64,000 bases of DNA from an archaeon (GTDB taxonomy: Archaea > Asgardarchaeota > Thorarchaeia > Thorarchaeales > Thorarchaeaceae): the NCBI GenBank assembly GCA_024276825.1, contig JAJRWI010000079.1:51365-115364 (forward strand), written 5' to 3'. This document shows positions 29,527 through 39,810 of this stretch, one piece after another (the first letter of the stretch is position 1; every line of letters begins with the position of its first letter). The notes under the pieces were generated by a model. That model saw nothing but the letters and a program-made list of their open reading frames with translations. It was not told the DNA's origin and searched no databases. Made by a program: the position numbers and the translations under genes.

Positions 29527-30300
29527 TTGATTAAACTTTCCGTTCAGAACATCCAAAAGTCGTACAAGAATGAAGACAATGATGAAACCCATGTCTTAGA
29601 TGGCATCACATTCAAAGTGAAAAACGGAGAGTTTCTTAGTATTCTCGGGCCCTCGGGATGCGGCAAGACCACTCTTCTAAAGATCATAGCTGGACTGCTC
29701 GAGCCCGATGAAGGACGAATATTGATCGATGATGTGGAGGTTGGCTTAAACCATCACAGAGTGGGATACATCTTTCAAGAAGAGAGCCTCTTTCCATGGA
29801 GGACTGTTCGCCAGAACATAGAGTTCGGGCTTGAGATTGCTGGGGTTCCCGAAGAGGAGAGAGAGAGGAGGGTCCGGAACATTATCTCTCTTGTTGGGCT
29901 CAAGGGAATCGAGGACAATCTACCACATGAGATCTCTGGGGGTCAGGCAAGAAGAGCAGAGATGGCCCGAAGTTTGGTCACTAACCCAGACATCCTCGTT
30001 TCTGATGAGGGGCTGTCAAACCTTGATGCTCAGACTCGAAACTTTTTACAGGAAGAGTTTCTCAGAGTTTGGGAGAAGACCAGGTCCACAGTACTCTTTG
30101 TTTCACATAATGTTGATGAGGCTGTATTCATGTCCGATCGAATCCTCATCATGAGCAACATCCCTGCCAAGATAATCGCAGAGTATGAGATAGACATTTC
30201 TCGACCAAGAACCCGCGCCAGTCATGAGTGTCGGGAATACCGTGCTCAAATCCTTGAAGTGTTAAGGATTGAGCAGGAAAAGGCCATGAGAAGATGGTAG
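29527..30300 (+). CDS. NitT/TauT family ABC transporter ATP-binding protein
   Basis: GPSGCGKT, FQE..LFPWRTV, ISGG, SDEGLSNLD, VSHNVDEA. Confidence 0.92.
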   Translation: MIKLSVQNIQKSYKNEDNDETHVLDGITFKVKNGEFLSILGPSGCGKTTLLKIIAGLLEPDEGRILIDDVEVGLNHHRVGYIFQEESLFPWRTVRQNIEFGLEIAGVPEEERERRVRNIISLVGLKGIEDNLPHEISGGQARRAEMARSLVTNPDILVSDEGLSNLDAQTRNFLQEEFLRVWEKTRSTVLFVSHNVDEAVFMSDRILIMSNIPAKIIAEYEIDISRPRTRASHECREYRAQILEVLRIEQEKAMRRW

Positions 30301-30319
30301 TTTGCTTATTCTAGTAAAA

Positions 30320-31159
30320 CTAGACTGTCACTTCCTGACGCCATTGTAGAGTGTGCTTCTCAACATAGAGGAATGCATATGTTATTATGAAACCAATAAG
30401 CCCAATGACCAGCATTGCTGAGAGGGTCGACCCAGTCTGACCGAGTTGCTCAGTTATAATGACAAGATAGCCGAGACCCAGACCACCACCAATCATCTCA
30501 GCGGCCACAAGACACATCCATCCAATGCCAAAGCCAATCCTGAATCCTGCGAATATCTCAGGCGCTGCTGAGGGAATAATAATCTTGCTTAATATTTGGG
30601 ACTCTGATGCACCAAAAGTACGTGCAACATCGATATGAACAGGGCTAGTGCGTTTCACACCTGCCACTGTATTTAGAAGAATGGGGAAGAATGCACCAAT
30701 CCAGATGATGAAGACCTGGCTGGCCATCACATTTTGCCAGATAATGTTTGAAGACCCAAAAATAAGTATTGATAATGGAATCCATGCGATTGGGGGAATG
30801 GGTCTCATGGCCTCCACTACGGGACCAAGTATTGCATCAACAATCCGATAGCGACCAATAGCAATCCCTAAGGGAACAGCCGTGACCATGGCAATGAGAA
30901 AGCCAATAGTGACTCTAATCATGCTAAGCTGTGTATGCTCAAGCAGAGTTCTCCCATCAGTGTCGCCAATAGTCACTAGTTTGTAGAACGAGCCAGCCAC
31001 ATCGATAAGAGTGATTCCCCGCGACACCATTGCAATAATCTGCCATAGAGAGAGGATGATGGCAAGGGGAATGATTATTCTGAACAAGACAAAATGCATC
31101 TTATTTGAGAGATACTTTGGGTGCTTATTCTCGGCAGATATTGCTTTCATCATGACCAT
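30320..31159 (-). CDS. NitT/TauT family ABC transporter permease
   Basis: RPIPPIAWIP, ARTFGAS, W..LVAAEM. Confidence 0.93.
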   Translation of the reverse strand: MVMMKAISAENKHPKYLSNKMHFVLFRIIIPLAIILSLWQIIAMVSRGITLIDVAGSFYKLVTIGDTDGRTLLEHTQLSMIRVTIGFLIAMVTAVPLGIAIGRYRIVDAILGPVVEAMRPIPPIAWIPLSILIFGSSNIIWQNVMASQVFIIWIGAFFPILLNTVAGVKRTSPVHIDVARTFGASESQILSKIIIPSAAPEIFAGFRIGFGIGWMCLVAAEMIGGGLGLGYLVIITEQLGQTGSTLSAMLVIGLIGFIITYAFLYVEKHTLQWRQEVTV

Positions 31160-31246
31160 GAGTCCTGAAACTCAAACTCTTTTGTTTCTGTCGTTATGTG
31201 TGAGTGCCAGCTGGGATAGTCATATTCCCGCTGGCATCATCGAGTT

Positions 31247-32239
31247 CTATGGACTTGTGGCCACATCAAGAAATGTCTGATTGACAAAGCCATTTAGGAA
31301 TGTGGGCATCTCTGAATAGTCCATCTCCACAACAGACTCGTCTATCAGATATGACAGATACATCTCGAGGCCTGTCACATTGAGAGCATAGTCAAATATC
31401 ACACGGTTGAACGCATTCTCCACGGCTTCAGGAGCGACTTCAAGCCAATCGATGGCAATCTGTAATGCCTCTGCAGGATTGTCTTGAATCCACTTTTCAG
31501 CACGAACATGCACATTGATCACTTTCTGAACAATATCAGGATGTGCCTCAATGAAACTATCAGAGGCTCCAACAACACAACAGGGATGTCTTGGCCAGAT
31601 CTCCCCAGATAGTACAAGTGGGACAGTGATATTGTCATATTCTGACAATGAGGGGAATGGTTCCCATGCGATATATGCGGGTGCGTCGGGCGTCAATGAG
31701 AGAGCCATGTCTTGCACCCTGGCAGTTTCAGCATTAATGTCATTGATAGTCAACCCCGACTGATTGAGTGCAAGTCGGAGGAGAAAGTTTTGAACTGTGG
31801 CAGGACCTGGATGATAGACAGTCTTTCCAGCAAGGTCTGCAACAGATGTTATGCGTCCTTCATCATATTCAGACTTTAGAACAGATATTGCCGAACCTTC
31901 AAGGTTTACAGCGGCAAGAACTGTCACTGCAATCTCTTGATTTATGCTCTTGACAATAGCTGGTGCAGCACCAAGGTATCCCATGTCAATCTGTCCACCT
32001 TGGAACCCGTCCATCTCATAGGCTCCATTCTGGTATTGATAGAGATCGACCTTAAGGCCTGCTTCTTCAAAGAAGCCATTGACAATAGCAACACGCAGCG
32101 CAAGTTGATGAATGTCTTGAGAGAGATATCCAATACGCACATCGGGGGCTGCTGGTGTGTTGACAATGACAATCAAGGCAGCAGAAGTCACAATAACAAG
32201 AGCGACAACTAGGGCAATTCCCTGTTTTTGATTCATCAT
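31247..32239 (-). CDS. NitT/TauT family ABC substrate-binding protein
   Basis: N-terminal anchor; GYLGAAPA, WEPF, HPCC. AGGAG upstream of the start at 32239. Confidence 0.9.
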   Translation of the reverse strand: MMNQKQGIALVVALVIVTSAALIVIVNTPAAPDVRIGYLSQDIHQLALRVAIVNGFFEEAGLKVDLYQYQNGAYEMDGFQGGQIDMGYLGAAPAIVKSINQEIAVTVLAAVNLEGSAISVLKSEYDEGRITSVADLAGKTVYHPGPATVQNFLLRLALNQSGLTINDINAETARVQDMALSLTPDAPAYIAWEPFPSLSEYDNITVPLVLSGEIWPRHPCCVVGASDSFIEAHPDIVQKVINVHVRAEKWIQDNPAEALQIAIDWLEVAPEAVENAFNRVIFDYALNVTGLEMYLSYLIDESVVEMDYSEMPTFLNGFVNQTFLDVATSP

Positions 32240-32349
32240 ATGCAGTCTCCTGAAACAATAAGACTCGTTCAATTATATATAGAGGTTAAGATATGGACTA
32301 CTTCTGTATAAAGTGGATGACAAAAATGCAGTAGTTCCGAAACTATCCG

Positions 32350-33441
32350 TTAAATCTTGAAGTCTTTAACAGTCTGAATATATTTGGCTATAGGCAGCTC
32401 CCATCTCTTTGTTTCAGGGTTGAAATTGTCATAATGGAATTGTGCCTGAGACTGTTTGAACTTATACTGTATCTGAATAAAGTATGAGGACAGATAGGGG
32501 CGCATTAGATCAAATCCTTGCATAAAGGGGTCAAATTCATTCGCACCTATTGCTATTCCCAGCCTGAGCTTCATTGGCGACTCGACAGCAAAGCCCATCT
32601 TGAAAGGTAGTTTATAAAAGCAAGTAATTATCTGATCGGGTTTTCTGTCAACCTCAATGAATAATGAGATAAAGAGTTCATCATACAGAGACCTGACAAC
32701 TGGCCGAATCCCTTTGATTAGTCCGCTCTTCTCAAGACGTTTCATTCTCTTACTTACTTGTGTTTCAGACAGAGAGAGGTCAGAAGCAAGTTCTTTCATT
32801 GTGCCCTCAGGATTCTCAAGAAGAAATCTCATTATTTGAACATCTTTGATGTCAAAATCAATCATGTGCGGCTGAAGGTCCAGATTGAGTGGGCTCTTGA
32901 CTTTACTCTTCATAGTCTTATTGATGTCCTTATACCATTCTTTCCAGTCAAATTTCCAGCCCGAACTGAGGTCATAACGTGAAAAATCCATCTTCTTGAC
33001 TTCATAGTCAACAAGGTCAAACATGTAGTATTTGTTGATGAGACCCTTCTTTTTAATCTCTTTCAGTATCTGCTCGCAAGAACTTGGCGCAGTTATTGGA
33101 TATACTGCATGAATCATGAAACCATTATATTGTCCGATTGTATGGCAATGCCAATAGAAACAGTCTATCTTATTGACAAGTTCTTCAAGTCTATTCTCAA
33201 GTCCAATTACTGCATCAAGAAGAATGATTGTTTCACCAAGTCCTATCTTTCGTTCATGGGTCTGGACGCAGGCGGGATAGAGAATCTTTCGTTCTCGAAG
33301 TTTTTTCAGTCTGTATCGGATGGTGCGGTCATTCATCCCCAGCTCCTTGGCCAGCTCACGGGTGGACACTTTGGCACCCATCTGGTCCAAGGCCTCAAGT
33401 ATTCTGAGGTCCGTATCATCCAGTTCAAGTCTCTTTTTCAA
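32350..33441 (-). CDS. Lrp/AsnC-type regulator with two wHTH domains
   Basis: LDDTDLRIL...ELAKELG...TIRYRLKKL and a second FDIKDVQI...ELASDLSLS..VSKRMKRLE. Confidence 0.82.
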   Translation of the reverse strand: MKKRLELDDTDLRILEALDQMGAKVSTRELAKELGMNDRTIRYRLKKLRERKILYPACVQTHERKIGLGETIILLDAVIGLENRLEELVNKIDCFYWHCHTIGQYNGFMIHAVYPITAPSSCEQILKEIKKKGLINKYYMFDLVDYEVKKMDFSRYDLSSGWKFDWKEWYKDINKTMKSKVKSPLNLDLQPHMIDFDIKDVQIMRFLLENPEGTMKELASDLSLSETQVSKRMKRLEKSGLIKGIRPVVRSLYDELFISLFIEVDRKPDQIITCFYKLPFKMGFAVESPMKLRLGIAIGANEFDPFMQGFDLMRPYLSSYFIQIQYKFKQSQAQFHYDNFNPETKRWELPIAKYIQTVKDFKI

Positions 33442-33615
33442 ACCGATCTATCCTCTGGGTTGGCTTGCATTAGTCATGTGGAGTGGCTTCTCGAAGGCAA
33501 GATGGGTTGCTTCAGGCGCAATAAATATATATCTTTACCAGCAACATCATGAATGGTTGATTTGTGGTAATATTTTTAAGAAATCTTACCATAATCACCC
33601 CACAGCCTCAGCAGT

Positions 33616-33903
33616 GTGATGAATATGCTACGTTTACCAAAAAGTGCCAAGTTTGTTTTGTTTACTCTTGCAAAAGAGGGGCCAATGACCCCACAGGACT
33701 TGAGCTCAAAATATGACATATCACCAAGAACAGTTTCTTTTGCACTTCGAAGACTTGTGGAGTATCAGATCTGCCAGAAGATCCCAAATCTTCAGGACAT
33801 GCGTCAACCCCTCTATTGCATAGACAAGCAGCGAATACGTGAGCTGGAATTAAACATTGATCAGCTAAAGGTAAAGACACGAATGTCAATGCGTTCAATC
33901 TGA
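33616..33903 (+). CDS. Small wHTH (MarR-like) regulator
   Basis: LPKSAK.VL..L...GP.T...SPRTV.FALRRL...NL.DMRQ. Confidence 0.8.
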   Translation: MMNMLRLPKSAKFVLFTLAKEGPMTPQDLSSKYDISPRTVSFALRRLVEYQICQKIPNLQDMRQPLYCIDKQRIRELELNIDQLKVKTRMSMRSI

Positions 33904-33994
33904 CCCCCTTTTTTATCAGCTCATCTCCTATTTCTCATGAAACAAAATAGTTTTAGAAGATACTGAATGTTAGATAAACAGATGACTTTGGTGA

Positions 33995-34378
33995 ATGCAC
34001 ATGAGCCTGCGTGAACGAATACCAGAACAACTTCGATTAAGCGATGAGGTGGCAGTAATACCCACAGAGGAAGAGGTCGCGGTCTTTCCAACCAGCGAGT
34101 ACATTCTTCTTGAGATATCGCATAAGATTGGGAAGGTCAATGTCGTAAAGATTGCTAATACCATCAGAAACCTTGTGAAGAATGATCAGCGAATGGTGGC
34201 AATCAGAGGCTATGGTTTCAAGGGGATAGGTCTATCTGTGAGGATTGCTCATGAACTCAAGAAACGGGAGAAGCGGTTTCTCTACCAGATGACCTTTGAT
34301 ACTTTTGACGCGGCTGAACCTGGCAGTAATCAGGTCTTTACGAGTGTACAGATTGTAGTTATGCCCCCCAAAGAATGA
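33995..34378 (+). CDS. Alba/SpoVS-fold nucleic-acid-binding protein (putative)
   Basis: V.IRGYG..GIG.SV.IA..L and C-terminal TSVQIVV resemble the Alba core. Confidence 0.55.
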   Translation: MHMSLRERIPEQLRLSDEVAVIPTEEEVAVFPTSEYILLEISHKIGKVNVVKIANTIRNLVKNDQRMVAIRGYGFKGIGLSVRIAHELKKREKRFLYQMTFDTFDAAEPGSNQVFTSVQIVVMPPKE

Positions 34379-34465
34379 TAATCTGTGATGATATGATAGC
34401 CAGTGATTATAGATAAACCATTACTTTTTGCAACAGATTGAAAAGGCAATGATTCATTCACCAGA

Positions 34466-35671
34466 ATGGAGAGAGAGGTGTCTAGGAAGTCCTTCATTGC
34501 ATCAGTCTTTCTGATTTGTTTGATTGTAGTTCAGTCAGTAGTCATATTAGTAACCGCCGTAAGTTCTCGTCAACTGGTCCCGCCTAGCTCAAAGAGTGAA
34601 TACATTATCATTGACCCAATCACAATAAATCAAGACTATGAGTTTAGAAACTCATACTTTACGGGTTCTGGAACCCCCAATGACCCATATGTACTGTCTG
34701 GGGTGAAGATCATTGGAAGTGATTATTGCATATCAATTTCGAACACCAGTGTGTATATTATCATAAGGAGAAGCTTTTTCATTTCTGCAGGGGGAAACTG
34801 CATTAGTCTTTACAATGTCACAAATATTCGAATTGAAGATTCAATAATAGATCAGGGCAGTGTGGGTATCATCTCAAGAAACAGTTCAAGAGTCGTGTTT
34901 GATAATATCACGTGTACTAATCTCGTAACTGGAGCTATTTTGCTACAGACTGATCATGTCATCGTGGAGGATTGCTCTATATATGCAAATCAGAGGGGTT
35001 TCATCCTGACCAACTCGTCAAGTACTGTCCTTAGGAACAATAGGGTGTTTGCAAATCGGGAGTATGGCATATATCTGGATCAGTCGACAGTAAATTGTAC
35101 TGTCTATGCAAACGAGATTGGATGGAACAGAGAAAAGGACAAGGAGGAGGTTCATAATGCATTTGATGATGGAGAGGGCAATTTGTGGTATAATCTGAGC
35201 ATATCTCTCGGAAACAGATGGTCTGATTACAATACTACTGGAGATTATCGGGTTGAAGGAGAAGCGGCATCACTGGATATCTACCCATTGACTCTTGAAG
35301 ACTCAACATCTCCAATTATTGATTCACCTCAAGACATCGTGATATCAGACACATCAGTATATTATCAGATAATCTGGCACCCAATTGAGGAATATCCCTA
35401 CTACTACGCTATATATCGCGAAGGCAAAACGCTCTCTGATGGTTATTGGGATGGTAATCCAATACAAATTGAAATCCATGATAATCAAATTGGCTCATAC
35501 AACTACACAATTATTGTGATCGACGCATCAGGGAATACAGCATTGGACACCGTATTTTCAGTAGTTGTATTCAGCTTGTTTAAGGGCGTTTCCATTGCAC
35601 AGGTCATCATGGCATCGGTGCTCAGTGTGGCATTGGTCGGTCTCGTGATTATTTGTATTAAGAGATATTGA
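34466..35671 (+). CDS. Surface protein with right-handed beta-helix (NosD/CASH-like), Ig-like repeat and C-terminal TM
   Basis: Signal anchor; GSGT.NDPY; PbH repeats; GN.WSDY; SP.D....I.W; C-terminal hydrophobic helix followed by KR. Confidence 0.8.
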   Translation: MEREVSRKSFIASVFLICLIVVQSVVILVTAVSSRQLVPPSSKSEYIIIDPITINQDYEFRNSYFTGSGTPNDPYVLSGVKIIGSDYCISISNTSVYIIIRRSFFISAGGNCISLYNVTNIRIEDSIIDQGSVGIISRNSSRVVFDNITCTNLVTGAILLQTDHVIVEDCSIYANQRGFILTNSSSTVLRNNRVFANREYGIYLDQSTVNCTVYANEIGWNREKDKEEVHNAFDDGEGNLWYNLSISLGNRWSDYNTTGDYRVEGEAASLDIYPLTLEDSTSPIIDSPQDIVISDTSVYYQIIWHPIEEYPYYYAIYREGKTLSDGYWDGNPIQIEIHDNQIGSYNYTIIVIDASGNTALDTVFSVVVFSLFKGVSIAQVIMASVLSVALVGLVIICIKRY

Positions 35672-35754
35672 GAATGTGATGACCAAGTCACTAAATAAAT
35701 AAGCATGCAGATTCGTGCCACACTTGTCTAGTCACCAATGAAGGTGAGAACACA

Positions 35755-36330
35755 ATGGCCCTTGATTTCGCAAAAGGCATAACTGAATTTCGTTGGCACG
35801 GTCGTGGCGGACAAGGTGTTGTCACGAGTAACCAGATGCTGGGCAAGGCTGCCCTCAAAGAGGGAAACTACATTCAGGCCTTTCCAGAGTTTGGTCCCGA
35901 GCGCACTGGAGCGCCAGTCCGGGCTTTCTTGAGAATTAGTAAAGACCCTATTCAAATCTATGCTCAAGTCTATGCTCCTGATGTGGTCATCTGTATTGAT
36001 CCGACTCTTCTGGATGTTGTGAATCCAACCGAGGGACTCAAAGCTGATGGTACCCTTGTAATTAACACAACAATGACTCCAGAGGAGGTCAGGGACAAGT
36101 ATGACTTTAGGGGTGGAAAGGTTGTAACTGTTGACGCCAGCACGATTGCAATGGAAGTGCTTGGAAGACCATTCTATAATATGCCCACAATGGCAGCTGC
36201 TGTCGAGGCCACAAAAGTGGTCAAGATTGAAACGGTCATTGAGGCAGTACTTGAGAGGTATCCCGGAAAGGTGGGCGAGCTCAATAAAGTTGCAATCGAG
36301 AAGGCCGTGAAGGAGGCGAAGATAGGATGA
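35755..36330 (+). CDS. porC: Pyruvate/2-ketoisovalerate:ferredoxin oxidoreductase gamma subunit
   Basis: HGRGGQG, FPEFGPER.GAPV.AF.R. Confidence 0.93.
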   Translation: MALDFAKGITEFRWHGRGGQGVVTSNQMLGKAALKEGNYIQAFPEFGPERTGAPVRAFLRISKDPIQIYAQVYAPDVVICIDPTLLDVVNPTEGLKADGTLVINTTMTPEEVRDKYDFRGGKVVTVDASTIAMEVLGRPFYNMPTMAAAVEATKVVKIETVIEAVLERYPGKVGELNKVAIEKAVKEAKIG

Positions 36331-36620
36331 AGAAGTATAATGAGATTCCTATGGCGGGAAACATAATCGAGCCTGGTAATTCCAAGGAGTATAAGACTGG
36401 TGGATGGAGAGCCAAACGCCCAGTTCATAATGATGAGACATGCTTATGGATCAGGAATGGTACTTGCGGGAAGTGTTGGATATACTGTCCTGATAATGCA
36501 GTCAGGCTGATTGAGAAGGATGGCAAGTACTTCTATGAGTATGATTACGATTATTGCAAGGGTTGTGGGATCTGTGCAAACGAGTGCCCAACTCAGAGCA
36601 TCAAAATGGAGAGTGAGTAA
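36327..36620 (+). CDS. porD: Pyruvate:ferredoxin oxidoreductase delta subunit
   Basis: KTGGWR..RP; CWIYCPD; YCKGCGICANECP. Confidence 0.93.
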   Translation: MKKYNEIPMAGNIIEPGNSKEYKTGGWRAKRPVHNDETCLWIRNGTCGKCWIYCPDNAVRLIEKDGKYFYEYDYDYCKGCGICANECPTQSIKMESE

Positions 36621-37826
36621 ATGACATCAGTCGAGAAGATACCAAAAGACCAGATGGTTGTTGAGGGACTCACCGGTGATGCTGCAATCGCTCTTGCCTT
36701 GAAACAGTGTGATATTGATGTGCTTGCTGCATATCCTATCACTCCACAGACCATCATTGTTGAGGACTTTCAGAAGTTCGTTGCTAATGGTGAGGTGAAG
36801 ACAAAGGTCATCCCTGTCGAGTCCGAACACAGTGCTATGTCAGCATGTGTTGGCGCTTCAGCTGTTGGCGCAAGAGTTGCCACAGCAACTGCTTCTGCAG
36901 GACTCGCACTCATGTGGGAGATCCTCTACTGTGCAGCGTCAATGAGAATGCCCATAGTTCTGACTGTGGCAAATCGTGCACTTTCAGCACCCATCAACAT
37001 ACACAATGACTGGAGTGACACCTATGGTGCACGCGACAGCGGTTTTATCCAGCTCTACTGTCAGAGTTCGCAGGAGGCCTATGATACAACAATAATGGCA
37101 TTCAAGATAGCGGAGAACAAGGACATACTCCTTCCAATAATGGTCTGCATTGATGGCTTCATTCTCAGTCATAATGTTGAGAGAGTAGAGATGCTGCCAG
37201 ACCAGGCAATCAAGAAGTTCCTCGGTGTACGCCAGCCCTTCCAGAACCTCGATCCCGACAACCCAATCACCATGGGTCCGCTGGCACTGACAGACTACTA
37301 CTTCGAGTTTAAGGAGCAGCAAGACGAGGCGATTAAGAGAGTGCCTGATGTGTTCAAGCAAGTCGAGGCCGAATTTGAGAGGATGACCGGTCGCTCCTAT
37401 GGAATGCTTGAAACCTACAAGACAGAGGATGCGGAGATAATCCTTCTTACTCACAGTACACCTGCTGGCACCGCAAAGGTAGTTGTTGATGTCTTGCGTG
37501 AAAGAGATGAGAAGGTGGGCGTTCTCAGACTGAAGATGTTCAGACCCTTCCCATCCAAAGAAGTGGCAGAGGCCATCAAGCATGCCAAGGCTGTGGCAGT
37601 GTTTGAGAAGTGCCGCTCTTTCGGTTCAACATGCAACCCTCTAGCACTGGAGGTCATGGCGTCACTCTATGATCTCAAGGAGAAGCCAATGGTGACAGAC
37701 TTTGTCATTGGTCTTGGCGGAAGAGATGTACCACCAACCACAATTGTTGAGGGCTACGAGAAGACAAAGGAGTACCTGAAACAGGGTAAAGCTCCACTAT
37801 ACGAAACCCTGGGGGTGCGAAAATAA
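36621..37826 (+). CDS. porA: Pyruvate:ferredoxin oxidoreductase alpha subunit
   Basis: YPITPQT, ESEHSAMS, NRALSAPINI, GLGGRD. Confidence 0.95.
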   Translation: MTSVEKIPKDQMVVEGLTGDAAIALALKQCDIDVLAAYPITPQTIIVEDFQKFVANGEVKTKVIPVESEHSAMSACVGASAVGARVATATASAGLALMWEILYCAASMRMPIVLTVANRALSAPINIHNDWSDTYGARDSGFIQLYCQSSQEAYDTTIMAFKIAENKDILLPIMVCIDGFILSHNVERVEMLPDQAIKKFLGVRQPFQNLDPDNPITMGPLALTDYYFEFKEQQDEAIKRVPDVFKQVEAEFERMTGRSYGMLETYKTEDAEIILLTHSTPAGTAKVVVDVLRERDEKVGVLRLKMFRPFPSKEVAEAIKHAKAVAVFEKCRSFGSTCNPLALEVMASLYDLKEKPMVTDFVIGLGGRDVPPTTIVEGYEKTKEYLKQGKAPLYETLGVRK

Positions 37827-38785
37827 TGGTAGAAGTTGAGAAAGCAGCATTATCGATCAAGGATATGCTTCAAAAGAAACCGATTTTGTCATCAGGACAT
37901 AGAATGTGCGCAGGCTGTGCTGCACCAACGGTTGTCAAACTGATGGGCATGGCACTACGTGGCCCGACAATTGTTTGTGAAGCCACGGGATGCCTTGAGG
38001 TAGCAACCACAATCTATCCTTACACAGCATGGAACATCAACTGGATTCATGTGGCCTTTGAGAACGCTGCAGCCGTTGCTTCGGGAGTTGCTGAGGCAAT
38101 AAATGCCCTTAGAGAAAAGGGACAATGGAAGCATGAAATCACAGATGTTATAGCAATCGGAGGAGATGGTGGGACATTCGACATTGGCTTCGGTTCATTG
38201 AGCGGTGCTCTTGAGAGAGGCCACAAGTTTGTCTATATGGTATATGACAACGGGGCATATCAGAACACCGGTATTCAGCGTTCTGGTGCCACACTCCCAG
38301 GACAGGAAACCACAACCTCATGGGCGGGCAAGGTCGAGCCTGGAAAGAGAGAGCGTAAAAAGCCCCTTCCAGAGATTGTTGCGGCGCACAGGATCCCCTA
38401 TGTGGCCACAGTTTCACCATATTACACAAGAGACTTTGTCACTAAGTTCAGAAAGGCCCTTGAGGCTGACGGCCCTGCATTTATCCATGCATATTCTCCA
38501 TGTCCCCGCGGATGGAGGTCTGATACTGCCAAGTCAATTGAGTTGGCAAAGCTGGCGGTAGAAACAGGCATTCATCCTCTCTACGAAGTCATTGATGGCA
38601 CAGAATACATCATGTCTGGTCCGAGTAAGAGGCTTAAAGAGCTAAAGCCTTTGGACGAGTATCTCAAAATGCAGGGTCAGTTCAAGCACCTCTTCAAACC
38701 ACAATGGGAAGAATTCAAGAAGAAGATTCAGCAAGACCTCATAGATGACTGGGAGCTTCTCAAGAAGAAGTGTGGAATTGAATAA
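37826..38785 (+). CDS. porB: Pyruvate:ferredoxin oxidoreductase beta subunit
   Basis: GH..CAGC, TGCLEV, GGDGGT.DIG, NTGIQRS, PCP.GW. Confidence 0.95.
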   Translation: MVEVEKAALSIKDMLQKKPILSSGHRMCAGCAAPTVVKLMGMALRGPTIVCEATGCLEVATTIYPYTAWNINWIHVAFENAAAVASGVAEAINALREKGQWKHEITDVIAIGGDGGTFDIGFGSLSGALERGHKFVYMVYDNGAYQNTGIQRSGATLPGQETTTSWAGKVEPGKRERKKPLPEIVAAHRIPYVATVSPYYTRDFVTKFRKALEADGPAFIHAYSPCPRGWRSDTAKSIELAKLAVETGIHPLYEVIDGTEYIMSGPSKRLKELKPLDEYLKMQGQFKHLFKPQWEEFKKKIQQDLIDDWELLKKKCGIE

Positions 38786-38793
38786 ATGAAAAT

Positions 38794-38816
38794 GCTGGAG
38801 TGCTGAGTGCTCCAGC
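38794..38816 (+). terminator. Hairpin after the por operon
   Basis: GCTGGAG...CTCCAGC stem, followed by a T-rich tract. Confidence 0.55.
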
Positions 38817-39117
38817 GTCCTTGCCCTATTTTTATTGGGTGCTGATTGAATGGAGATGACCTTATGAAACACTCGATCGATTACATGGTTATAATAACTA
38901 GTCAAAGAAGAACATAATGGCCAAGTGTTTAGAATCAATAGTGAGTGTATTTAGTTTTTTTCAAATTGCGTGTCATTCCTAATGTGATTATTTGGAGTCC
39001 TTAAGATAATGTGAAATATGAGTTCAAATGGAAGAATGGCTCTTTTTATTCAATCGCCATAATTACTGTATTGAAACAATATCTATATTGTTGCAATAGA
39101 GAAGGGAGAAGGTGGAA

Positions 39118-39807
39118 TGATTAGAAAGTATCATCATCTTTTATTAATGGCTTCTGTCATAGGTGGTTTTTTTGCTGTGATGATAGGTCCCGTTTTTGAA
39201 GGTCAGACAGGTACTTGATATGGATGCAAATTATCAATTTACGGCAGATATTGAAGAAAACAGTAATGTTAATGGAGTTTTTCGATTATTTGGCGATAAA
39301 AAATGGAAGGAGGGTATGGTTGTTACCGTTGGAACATGCAGCAATAATAGACTTGAAGGAGTTAAATCGCACAACAGTGGTGAATTGAAAGAATCACCCC
39401 AAGGATATCAGGAAGTGTATTATGTTACTGTAAGTGGAACTAGCAGATTGGACGAGGAAAAATCATCAACATATTATTACGACGAATCAACTGATTTACT
39501 TCTACAAATTCGAGGAAGTCCATGTGACTATTTTTTACTTAATCTTGCAAATATTGATTGGATATGGGGAGGTGTCTATCTCACGGGTACAAATTATGAC
39601 TTGGGTTCCCAACAATATTCGAATCAGAGTCAATTAGTAATAAATCCGTATTCGCTTGCAGTACCTATTATGATTATTTGTTTTGCGGGCATTGGAATGT
39701 ATAGATTGTGATTAAATAGAAAGGCTCGTTTGCAGCGGAAAAGAAATCGAGGCCCACAAAAAGCAAGGGAAAAAAGAAATAGACAAGGAGAAATGATGGC
39801 TAATTGA
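39118..39807 (+). pseudogene. Disrupted secreted/membrane-anchored hypothetical protein
   Basis: The signal-peptide ORF from ATG 39118 (MIRKYHHLLLMASVIGG...) is out of frame with 39196-39711. After the TM helix an in-frame TGA (39709-39711) precedes a basic tail (LNRKARLQRKR...). Confidence 0.55.
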
Positions 39808-39810
39808 GGG

